Positions 37,788-48,400 of a stretch of 64,000 nucleotides of DNA are shown piece by piece. The DNA lies in assembly GCA_051530055.1 (NCBI GenBank), contig CM121343.1, positions 3,566,389 to 3,630,388 of the forward strand. Reading direction: 5' to 3'. Below the pieces are notes generated by a model. That model ran no database searches. It was not told where the DNA came from and worked only from the letters and a program-made list of their open reading frames with translations. The translations under genes and the position numbers were made by a program. The DNA is from Neoechinorhynchus agilis (taxonomy: Eukaryota > Animalia > Acanthocephala). Each line of letters begins with the position of its first letter. The stretch's first letter is position 1.

Positions 37788-38189
37788 CTACTCCGCGCTC
37801 GACTTACTGTTGGCGTGTTGGATTGCATGCATCACGTAATCCAAATCAGTTAATCTGGATTTTATATAGTTCAGTTCCTGTTGGTAATTCAGCAAAAAGG
37901 CATTTTGCTGCTTGACCTTTTCCGCATAATCATCTAGCATCTTTTTTAGACGTTAAAGTATGTTTCATCGGACCCTGAAACTAACCAGTTGAATTTGTAG
38001 CGCTTGATCTTGAAGCTGCATTTGTGCAGCAATTAATTGAAGTTGTGTGCGTTGTGGATTCGGGCCATTAGAAGCGCTACTTTGCAATAAGGCCTTATTC
38101 TGATCTTGAAGGGTTGATATCCTGTTTCTGAGATCGTTTATGATTTGTTCATCATTGAATCGATTTGTATTAGCATCGTAAGTGAGACC
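37788..38189 (-). pseudogene. 5'-truncated mirror of the 4726-5576 gene
   Basis: The duplication boundary (5175/38189) falls inside an exon of that gene. Confidence 0.5.
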
Positions 38190-38736
38190 ATTGGACCTGG
38201 AAACCTATTAAAAATTTGTAAGTGTACTAATTTCGGTCAACCATTTTTTAATCGCGGTGATTGAAGCGATCGCGAAACACGAGCCCAAAATTTCCAAAAA
38301 TGTAAAATCTGAAAATGGTTTCACTTGTATTTTAGAACTGATAATGAACCCGACGAGGTTCGAAACGTCTTTAATAAATGCCCATTTACCACGGGTGTAG
38401 ACCAAAACAATAATGAGGGATTATAGCAGTTTATTAGCCTTACTTTGAGGGAAAAGTTGGTTGTTGCCACCATTAAATCAGCTGGGCTAACTCATTGGCC
38501 AAAACGAATGTTTTGCATTTGTATTTATACTTTTTTTGCTGTGGAAAACGAGACAGCCAATTACTTTTCAGCATAAATGCCGAATTTTAGTTGTTTCCAA
38601 ATATGCTAAATAATGATAGTAATCACTGGTGAATGCCTGAATTTTTAGATAATTTAACGAATAAGAACGCCACAATTTTTTTCGATGTTGCATTGACGCT
38701 GCGAATCACTACGATATCGGGATTAATATTAGTATT

Positions 38737-39168
38737 TCATACATCATCACGGGGCATTATTAAAGCGGCCTCCGGCATTGTGGCCACATTGCTCGGCAAT
38801 ACTGAAAATGGACTTGTTGTATAGTCGGAATGTACGCTCACCAGTTCTGCCGACGGCTGCATTGCTATTGAGTTGGGATCTGTTAACATGTCAATAGGAC
38901 TTGGTCCCATATAGATTGGTTGATTGTTAGTAGGAGTCAGAACGTATTGTTCAACTCCTGATGTAAAACCACTGTATGGATCCGTTGATTTCCCAGTGAC
39001 ATAACTTGAAACCTTTTTTCTCAGATCGGAAACTTTCATTGTTCGTGGGCAAGGAATCTGTCGAAAGTTTCTATTTGAGTTCTTTGTTGGTGTTTGCCAA
39101 CGAGAGTGGTGATTCAGTATGAAACGAGGTGCGTTTGTCAGATGAATGTGCTCATGAAACAACATCAA
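38737..39168 (-). CDS. 143-aa ORF of unknown function
   Basis: ATG-initiated open frame; no motif recognised. Confidence 0.3.
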   Translation of the reverse strand: MMLFHEHIHLTNAPRFILNHHSRWQTPTKNSNRNFRQIPCPRTMKVSDLRKKVSSYVTGKSTDPYSGFTSGVEQYVLTPTNNQPIYMGPSPIDMLTDPNSIAMQPSAELVSVHSDYTTSPFSVLPSNVATMPEAALIMPRDDV

Positions 39169-39265
39169 CTCAACGTTAAATTATTAATATTCTGGTTTTA
39201 CATGAGTTTTTGGGAGGGCTTTGAGTACTGGCCTCAATAATGACGCGCGCAGGGGGGTTCGGACT

Positions 39266-39727
39266 TCAGGGTAACGTTTGTTCTGGATTACCAATTTGTT
39301 GCTTGCTCTGCCTTTGAAATATCGTGAGGACACTCTTAGCTGTCCTCCTAATCCGATTGAATTGTTTATTGCATCTTTCCCTCAGTTCTAGCATAAAGTC
39401 CTTTCTTTTGGTTGCCGTACTCACACAATTCTGCACATAGTTCATTAAGATCTGGGAAATCTCCTCAAATCGGTTATCGTTCACAAGTACTGGTTCATCA
39501 GTGAAAGTAGGTAATCTAATATACGAAGGACCTACTCGACCAACAGTTTGGCAAAACCCTCTGCGATTGAAGTCACCAGCGCCGCACATACGGATTCCAC
39601 CATTGCAACACATAATACCAAGTGGCTTGCTTAAAAAAATGTGACTTGCCAATGGATTTGCACAGTGAACGAAAGGCCTGATTGAGCTTAGTGCAATCGG
39701 TGTTTGGGGTCGAAAGGAAGCAGGCAT
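39266..39727 (-). CDS. 153-aa ORF of unknown function
   Basis: ATG-initiated open frame with a helical, charged C-terminal half; no motif recognised. Confidence 0.35.
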   Translation of the reverse strand: MPASFRPQTPIALSSIRPFVHCANPLASHIFLSKPLGIMCCNGGIRMCGAGDFNRRGFCQTVGRVGPSYIRLPTFTDEPVLVNDNRFEEISQILMNYVQNCVSTATKRKDFMLELRERCNKQFNRIRRTAKSVLTIFQRQSKQQIGNPEQTLP

Positions 39728-40109
39728 AAAATTTTCACATAAGCAGAGTCCTCAAGTATATTGTTTTCCCTACAAAACACAAGCATTCATTGTATTCATT
39801 TCACCTACGGTGTCTAGTTGCCTTCCATTGTTAGGAACGCCCATTCTTTTTATTCCACCCTTATTGCAATCAAAAAAGTGTTTAAACTCATTGTTCTCTT
39901 CCTAGTCCCATTTAACGGACCTCTGTACGTCTACCATTTGAATGCTTAATGTTACTTGTCTAAATCGAAAATTCGAAGCCGTTAAATCGAAGCAGACGAT
40001 TGCAAGTGGTCAATCAATTGTAAAAGATAATGAGACAATCCGAAGGCAGGAGCATTCCTATTGCAAACATGAATTCAATGGGGAAACTCGTTGCATCCGT
40101 CCTTTCGAC

Positions 40110-40370
40110 CATCACAACACCAGAACAGTCTCGGGAATTTCATGCAGGGTCACATTCGGGTGGAATGACATTCTTGTTCAGCCGTTCAAACACCGAGACT
40201 CATTTCTATTGCTTAATATTTCGTAAACAAAATCCACCTCTTCAGATATTGCTTGTAAGTTTTTAAATATGTGACCCACAAGCAATATCTGAAGAAGTGG
40301 ATTTTGTCTACGAAATATTAAATAACATGAATACTTCTCGGAGTTTGAACCGTTCAACAAGAATAGTGGC
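40110..40370. repeat. Diverged copy of the repeat at ~11800-11920/30890-31010, with its own ~45-bp-arm foldback (40215-40322)
   Basis: Shares CTTAATATTTCGT..ACAAAATC.ACCTC; AATATTTCGTAAACAAAATCCAC...GCTTGT is mirrored by ACAAGC...GTGGATTTTGTCTACGAAATATT. Confidence 0.6.
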
Positions 40371-40984
40371 GGGAGGAATGTTTATAATCTCTTCAGTTTG
40401 AAGAGTTAAATCATTAACAATTCAAAAACCAACCGTTCTACCATAAAGCTAAGTTTTCCTTTTTGAATCCAAATCTAGTATTCAATATATTAAAAAAAGT
40501 GTCTTTAAAGACCTGTGGTACGATGGCTTAGAAAACATTAGATACTATCGGAGAAAAGTCTAGTTTTGTCAAACTTTATTCCAATACTAAGACGCTCGAT
40601 ATAAATATTAATAAGCGTTATCTCTGTAATAGCAATTCCATAATTTCCAATCATTATACCACATTCACGCTTAAAACCATATACATATAAAGTTATTTTA
40701 AACATCCATAATCATTATGATTTTCCATCAAGGAAAATTCGAAAATGCATGCCGTCCGGATAAATCCACAATCTAAAAGAAATTAACCCGTACCACAGAT
40801 CAGATTATCATACGTATGGTCAAGTCTCGATTTTACAACCAAACTAAGATCCATATTTTGACGCGATTTCGACAAAGAACTACATTAAACGCAAACTCAA
40901 TGTGATTCGAAAGCCAAACTTATTTTTGCTTTAAAACACCGTACCGTCCAGAGCGCAAAGTGCGGAATCCGCGAAATAATTGGG

Positions 40985-41325
40985 ATTGGGCACCATTCGG
41001 ATACGAGATTTTTTGAGGATAACCGAAAACCCAATGTGAGGTGTTCTTAACAAAGGAAAAGTCGTTTAAAAAAGACAAAATTGGGCGTAGAATTACATAA
41101 ATTTAGCTTTATTGGTGAAAATGCAGTAGAATGGCCTTTGTATGCATTAATTGGGACCGGGACCCATTCCGATACGAGAATTAAAGGACAGCTGAAACCC
41201 AAATGTGATGTATCAACTTTCTAAAGCAAGATTACAGCTACCAAAGGTCTCAACATGCGGGGAAATGGTTTAAAAAAGGCAAAATTTGGCCTAGAATTAC
41301 ATAATTTTAGCTTTATTGGTGAAAT
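40985..41325. repeat. Two diverged tandem copies of a ~150-bp unit
   Basis: CCATTC.GATACGAGA and TAGAATTACATAA.TTTAGCTTTATTGGTGAAA each occur twice. Confidence 0.6.
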
Positions 41326-41623
41326 TGATCACTTACTGGATCTCTCTACCATTGTACGCTTTCGTTTTTAGCAACAGTAGTTGAGTAGAGCATCATTTTG
41401 ATCCGGATAAGATCGACTTTTCGGATAATCGACGTTGCAGCTTAGTTTTTAAATCAATTGTCCGCCAAGAATCTCTAATAATCCCGTGAAGCTCAAAGAA
41501 AACGAACATAAGAACGACTGGCTGTTTGGAAAACATCGAGTGACGTTTCAATTACGTCGTATATCTGGAAGAATCGTGAATTCGGTGCCAAGAGCTCATT
41601 TGAGCACGTTTAATTGATAACAA

Positions 41624-42954
41624 ATGACTCAGGTTCCGGTGAGAAGTGCTTTTGGCATGACGGGGAGTATCTACGGGGTTGATAATCGACGTGAGGTTGT
41701 TCCGCCGGTATCTGTTTCGATTCCTCTTTCTGTTCGCTCTGATTCCGAACGTTCTTTGTTGGATTTGACATCCCAAGAGGAATTGACATCAAAGTCCGAT
41801 GTCTTTGCTTATTTACTTGAATTGTACCAGAATCGCTTATGGTACGAGTTGACCGTGGAAATTTTGTGTTTGGTCCGAACTCCCCCCGAAGAAGTTCCAA
41901 AAGAAGTCCTTTTGGACATTTACGAGCGTGTAGTGCGAGCCAATTTGGAGTGTCATATGGCACCGTTAATCCATGCCGAAATATCTTACTCACTGATGAC
42001 TTATTTCGCCACAGTTGACCAATGCAAGCAATTCGTGGAGCACGTCCGTTCAAGAGTGGAATCAGATCCTGCAGCCGTTGCATTAATGACCATAGGATTG
42101 GCGGCACTTGAGTTAGTGTCAAACAATATCGTGAAAACGGAGAGTATTTTGAAGAAAGTCCGGATCCAATACATTGAACCGTGCGTTTCACACAGTGCTT
42201 TTATTCACGGCAGATACTTTGAGGTTCTTTGTACTCTTTAGCCGACGATAAATGAACACCGACGTCTCGGCACTTCACGAGTCTGATGTTCATTTATCCA
42301 TATCAAATCAAAGGTGATCATGTTAACTATTATCGAAGTGGTCTTAGCTATCTCGGTTGCGCTGCTTCGGGATTCGTTAGTCATTCCGATCGGGCCAAAC
42401 GTGCCTTTAATGTGGTATTGGCAGCTCTTGTCAGCTCGGAACTTGTAGATGTTGGTGAAATTCGCAGCAATTTGTTGATTGTGAAAGCTCTTGCGGGTAG
42501 TAGGAATACATGGATTCTGGATTTGGTTAAAGCAGTTTCATCGGGTGATTTCACGACTTTTGAAAAATTGACTCCTTATTGGTCTCAACAACCCGACATC
42601 GCGAAAGCAGTTGATATCGTCCGGGAAAAGATATCACTGGTCGCTCTGTGTGAACTCGTTGGATATCATGGTGAGAGATCTTCTGATGGATCAAGAATAG
42701 TTGCATTCGATGACATAAAAAAGGCTACCAGAACAAATGATGTGGAACAACTTCTTATAAAAGCGCTTTCAGGCGATTTGATTGCTGGACGAATGGATGA
42801 AGCAGATCGGTTTTTAATTGTAAAACACGTCAGACCAAGGACCGTGGTTCCAAAGCATCTACGTGTCATGACTAAGAAAGCTTCGTTCAAATGCAAAGGT
42901 GTCGATTTTATGAGAGATAATTTCAAAGAACATGCGAAAGATCTCAATAGATAG
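41624..42954 (+). CDS. PSMD13: 26S proteasome lid subunit Rpn9/PSMD13 with a single 62-nt interruption (~42241-42302)
   Basis: ELYQNRLWYELT, HGRYF...GDHVNYYRSGLSYLG, WSQQPD and VEQLLIKALSGDLIAGRMDE...VRPR match the PCI-domain Rpn9 family. Confidence 0.9.
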
Positions 42955-43189
42955 GTCTTACGCGAGGATCATTAAAAAAATTTCATGTTTGAACTAAATT
43001 TTGGTTATCTTTGCTTCTTTTGCGAAATGTAATTTTTTCTGATAAAATACATGTCTTGGGAAATCAATATCTTTTCTTTGGTGCATATGTGGGTCTATTT
43101 GCCAATAACAACAAGTCTCGAAAATTTAATGGATTTCATTTTATTACATTTTTTCGGTTATGCGTTGAACTTAAACGCTGCCACCTACG

Positions 43190-43470
43190 TGTGGACACCG
43201 CCGTGTGGCGTGCGCGTTCATAATACGCTCGATATGTCGATAGTTCAACGCCACCGGTCACTGGGTTCCACGGGTGTGCGAGGCTGCTGGAAGGGTGGGG
43301 GTCAGGTTTGAGATCACCCATCAGCCCCAAAAGTGGGTTGGCCCTACCCCTTCGAGTGCCGCTAAGCGCCTCCGATGTGTAAAGGCTCCAAAGGAATATG
43401 GCCGTGAGGCCAAAAAGAAGATGTCACAAACTAACAAGTGTATGAGGCCTTGATAATAAATAAAAATAAA
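43190..43470 (+). mobile_element. SINE family B copy
   Basis: Tandem with 43471-43730; B-box-like GTTCAACGCC; AATAAATAAAAATAAAT tail. Confidence 0.75.
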
Positions 43471-43730
43471 TGCGACCCATAGGGGGTCGAGTGGTGTGCG
43501 CGTTCATAATGTGCTCGATATGTCGATGGTTCAACGCCACCGGTCGCTGGGTTCCACGGGTGTGGAAGGGTGGGGTCAGGTTTGAGATCACCCATCAGCC
43601 CCAAAAGTGGGTTGGCCCTGTCCCTTCGAGTGCGGCTAAGCGCCTCCGATGTGTGCAAGTCAGCCGAAAAGGCTCTCAAAAAGGAATATAGTCGAAGGGC
43701 TCAAAAGAAGATGTCGCAAGACCAATCAAC
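43471..43730 (+). mobile_element. SINE family B copy with tRNA-like A and B boxes
   Basis: GGTCGAGTGG (A box) and GGTTCAACGCC (B box) followed by a GC-rich structured body. Confidence 0.75.
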
Positions 43731-44359
43731 TCAATCTGAAGAAAACAACTCATAAAACTAACAGTATGCGTGTGTGATCAAAATAAACACCGTGGATTAA
43801 ACGCTACCCAAGGAGCTTTAGACTTTGGTAAAGTACCAAACTAGAGACCAATTGGAACTTTCACTTAAGGAGTGCAACGCGTTATTGTGCTTAACCAACG
43901 GGACGATTTAACTTTATCACTGACCTTTTGCGTGTGTTTTTCAGGATCCTGAAGAAGGAGTAATAATCCGAAATATCGGTCCAGAATGAAAACATTTGTT
44001 CTTAATCGCGTACAGTGTTCAAATAAACTCTAACGGAACGCTTGTCTGTGAGTGACGGTTGTGTAGAGATCAAAAATGGATTTTATACGACGTGAAATAA
44101 ATCCTTCGGGGTGATACAGTTTGAAAATGACTGATGAAACATTTTAATCTAATAAAATACGTTTTATCCAAAGGATTATGATCACCACAATTCAAACTTA
44201 TTATCGGTGCTATTCGAAGTTAAAGTGGTTTCTGCTAAAACCAGGATCCGACATCGTCCAGTGGAACTCGACTGCAATAAATTACTAACGAACGTTTAAG
44301 TTATTCTGAATCTTTCTATCCATTAGAGTAGTCATTCGGATCCAAGGCACTTTGGTTAC

Positions 44360-44586
44360 TTTCTTTTGGTAGTTTTGCCACTCCGGATTAGGTTCGCTAA
44401 TCTGTAATTCCCCGATGTATCACCTTTCGGATAATTCCGACATTTCCCCAAGGTTTGCCAGTGTTTGCTACTAAAAGACGCACCTTACTTAATGTCGGAA
44501 TTATCCAAGAGGTGAAATATGTCGGGGAAATATAGAATAGTGAATTTTTAAACCCGACGACACGGTGGCAAAACTACCAAAAGAAA
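44360..44586. mobile_element. MITE with ~22-bp terminal inverted repeats; a left-end copy also lies at ~15273-15300
   Basis: TTTCTTTTGGTAGTTTTGCCAC ... GTGGCAAAACTACCAAAAGAAA. Confidence 0.75.
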
Positions 44587-45483
44587 TTTTCTTTTTCCCC
44601 AAAGACGTTTATCGGAATTATCCGGATTTTTTCATATTCATAATAATTGTCCCACATTCTTCACTAGTACCTAATTTCGATTTAGATAGCAAGCTTAATT
44701 CTTGGTAAAGGCACACGATTGTGCCTCCGATCAAACACTAAACATTAAACTTTTCAAATTGCTAGAAAATATGTTTAAAATCAATACTCTATGGTTCCAA
44801 GTGCACGTTGTATTTCATTCAAAAGAACCAATTTATACGAACACTTCTTCTCACTCACGATTTTCTCTCTTTCGAGAGGTCGCAGGTCCTAATATGACAT
44901 CAATTTGGTGATAATTTGTATGTTTGGTGTTTGGCTGATTTTTATAGCCGGATGCCCTTCCTGACGCCAACCCTCCTCCTTTTTAAGCCAGGATTGGAAC
45001 CGTTCTTGAAGGAGTTCAATTTATACGAACACTGCGTAACCGTAAATTCAACTTTTCAAATCATCTTTACCGGTCATTTTAAATCATTGCTCGGCTCGAT
45101 TTAAAAGTGCTGTTGGATGCAACGGTTTTTATGAATCATTGATTAGGATTATCATAATGATGCTTCTATTTGATTAGAAAATAAATTTGAAACAAACGCA
45201 GTCGTAAAGAAGTTGTTCATGGATATATTTTTCCAACGGACGAAATATTGAAGTAATACAATTAATCTTTATTTTCCCAATCACAAAATAGAAGTCACGT
45301 TTTTGAAGTTAAATGAACCTTTAAAAGGGATCCTATTTTTGGCAATATCGATAAGAAAATGAAAGAGTGACTCTACAAAGTTTAATGCTAGAGTTTAGTC
45401 TACACTTAATTCTTCACCATTGGTTTACACAAAAGAGTCAAAAAATGGGTGAACTTATTGAACAGTGTTGCAACTATGAATCT

Positions 45484-48400
45484 CTATGCTTTTTTATGCG
45501 TCCATCCATGAAAGCATCGCGTAAACTCCTCATCTTCTTTGCCCGTTGCACAAAATCTAATTCTCCTTTTTGGTCCAGAATTAGTGCGTGTTAAGTGACC
45601 GTAGTACGACTGCGCCGCCTTGAAAGCCTGTTTTAACTCTGCTTCTGATGCCTGCTGACCGACCCATATTACAATACTCGTCCCGGTATCGAGAATCATA
45701 ACATCGTCTTGTTCTAAGTCATCCTGGCAAAAATCAGGCCATTTCTCGGATACCGCGAAATGACCTTTCTCGTTTGAGCATTTGAACAGTCTACTTTTAT
45801 CTGTAAATCCAACAGTCTTAAAATCAAATACCTAATCTTGAGCAAAAAAAGAAGAAGCGATAATCGTCTACACACCTTATCAACCAATATTTCCTTATTA
45901 GAACTATGGATTAAAGTCGATATCTCGGAGAGATCGGTCAGCTCGTGATATTTGTTTCCCTAAGATAAACATCGAAATCACTATTGGCGTTCTCAACAAT
46001 GGTCATCTACATTTGATAGAAACCGTGCAATGTTCCGGGCACAAAGAATGTCGTCTTCGTTGACTTTTTCACCAAACCACAAGTACGGCTCGTTTTTATC
46101 GCCAAATTTTAATATATAACTAAACATTGCGTCAATACCGAATCAGTAAATAAACATCTTACCAGTAAGAGTTAAGAAGTGCTATTTTTACTTCATCTCG
46201 TGGCAGTTCAATGCATCTTGTACAAATCGGCGAATAGGACCAACGAAGCTCGTAGATACTCTCTGAGTTGTCCTTGTTTTCGGTATCAAAAAAACTGCCA
46301 CGCTTTATTATTATCCGTTGACGGAAATGGGCGAGAAATTTAATATTCTCGCGTTGCTATACATGCCAAATGTTAAAGCATGAAATAATCAAATGAGTTT
46401 TGAACATCAAAAGGCTGCTCGCTACCATGAGAAAGTTCAACTAGCACTCAAAAGGCGTCCACTAACACTCTCGTTAACATTTTAAATTAGGTCGACGACT
46501 ACCGCTAAAATGCACTACTTCTCGGATTTAATAACGATGGATATTATAGACCGATAATTGTAGTGATCGTAATTCATTAGAAAAGTCGAACATTTTATAT
46601 ATATTCTCAATGGCTAATTGTAACACATCCGAGCTTTATTGAAATCAACCTTGCGAATTTTCAAGGCCTCAGCCCTCCTTCTCAAGCATTGTAAGTTTTT
46701 AAATATGAAGATTTCAATAAACCTCGGGTGTGTTACAATTCGCCATTGAGAATACACATCCACTCGAAGGAACAATTGGATAGAATTTTATATATTTTTG
46801 ATAATAACATAGTTGTAGGTTGACAAATTGTCCTCGGGTTCAACTTTCTTAACCTATTATGCTCACTGTCGTTTTTAACACAACACGAATCACTCATTTT
46901 CACCAATTAATACCAATATAAATGTCAACAAATCTGCAATGAAGATCATGAAAATACTGATTTTAAATTGGTTTACGAGGATAACGCGAGAATTTTAAAT
47001 GCAATCGAATTTGGAATACACATTCTAGTTTTCGGGTGAGAAAACTTTGGCGTACCTGATCAAATTTTACGACTTTAAAACAAGTAGCAAGAGTTTCCTC
47101 AAATCGTTTCTTTAGTCTAAATGCGAAACAATGAAAATGCGAAACAATGAGCTATATTAAGAGAACTTACTGGAAATTAAAAAAGAACCATGCTGTATTA
47201 CCAGCTTCTCGACCTTGCCAGAAATACACTACTTGTTCAGTTTCCGATTTGGGCATCACATCATTAGACGCAACATTTGCTTCTTCCTTTGAACACGATC
47301 GTTCACAGAACTCGTTTTCTTCGTCCGAAAAGCCGCCTTGGTCTTCGCCTTCGTCAACTCGCTCGTTATTCGCCCGCTTCCAATAGCGAGCAATGTATAT
47401 GTAACTATCTTTCATATAAAATACTCCTTTGCAATTGCAAAAGCTGAATATTTCAGGTTTGTATCGAAGTACTAACCGTAATCTTCCTGTGGAAGTTTCA
47501 CGAATTTTCTACCGTCATAGATGAACGCATCCATTGGATCATTGACGAGATCGTCGTTAAAATAAAATGTGAGCGACCGAGCTTCCTCCCATGACATCGG
47601 TTGTGCTGGGGGCATATCAAGAGCGGTTGCATTAGCGGGCATTTCCGAAGGCACTTTAATGCTTGGCTTTGTTGTAGCGGTCATGGATTTTGGCAACGGC
47701 CTACTTTTTGAACCATACTCACTGGCCCAGTTGACGAAAAATCGTTTTAAAATTACTGGCTCGCACCTAATGGATAGCGAAGCAAAAATAAATGTAACAA
47801 GAGCTATGCGATTGCAATTAGAAACGTTTGGTAACTACATTTCACCGATATTTTGTCAGTCCGATACAAGCGAATCTGAAGTCGGGGTTTCGTGTAGATC
47901 TTTCAACGGTCATCGTGCCACAGTGATCATCGTACGAAATAGGAAGTGTTGAAAAGATAATTCATTGTTATTTGTCGATAGGAGAAAATAAATGAAATTA
48001 AGATTTTATTGGATATTTCGATCCACTATCTCGGATCTGCTTCAGCGATTGTTAAATTAGTGAGAGATAATAAAGTTATGTAGCTTTTTCGCAAACGAAC
48101 TTTCATTACGATATTATCTCTCACTACTTTAACAATCGCTGAAGCAGATCCGAGATAGTGGATCGAAATATCCAATAAAATCTTAATTTCATTTATTTTC
48201 TCCTATTGACAAATAGAAATAAGAAGTTTGAAAATCTAGTAAGAAATCCAGGCCTAATGTAAAAGTCTAAATCTTTGGCGATCTATTTTCGATAATTAAA
48301 AATAATACCAACCAATGATAGATATTTTTTTCCATACACGGCCGAATGGACACACAGTCCCTGTATGAATAAAAATATCTATCAAAAGACTACTGGCTGA

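Larger units (their letters stand above)
24088..38189 (-). repeat. Right arm of large inverted duplication; includes extra block 25395-30541 and replacement 34988-35978
   Basis: Outer boundary: GGTCTCACTTACGATG (5175) versus CATCGTAAGTGAGACC (38189). Inner boundary: GGGGCTGATTGA (13571) versus TCAATCAGCCCC (24088). Confidence 0.97.

Noticed and set aside
42240-42301. Fritillaria-type AG..AT intron system
   Set aside because: Only the PSMD13 insert offers an AG..AT register, and most introns in the window are GT-AG.
43630-43700. Group I intron P7-like pairing (GGCUA with UAGUC/UGGCC) in SINE B
   Set aside because: No bulged G-binding site and no recognisable P3/P4/P6; the 3' strand is equally explained by a local hairpin.
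45960-46010. FLII intron containing ACCATTGTTGA...CCAATAG like CK1 intron 1
   Set aside because: No complementary arm and it splices cleanly GT-AG; a single 11-mer match could be chance.
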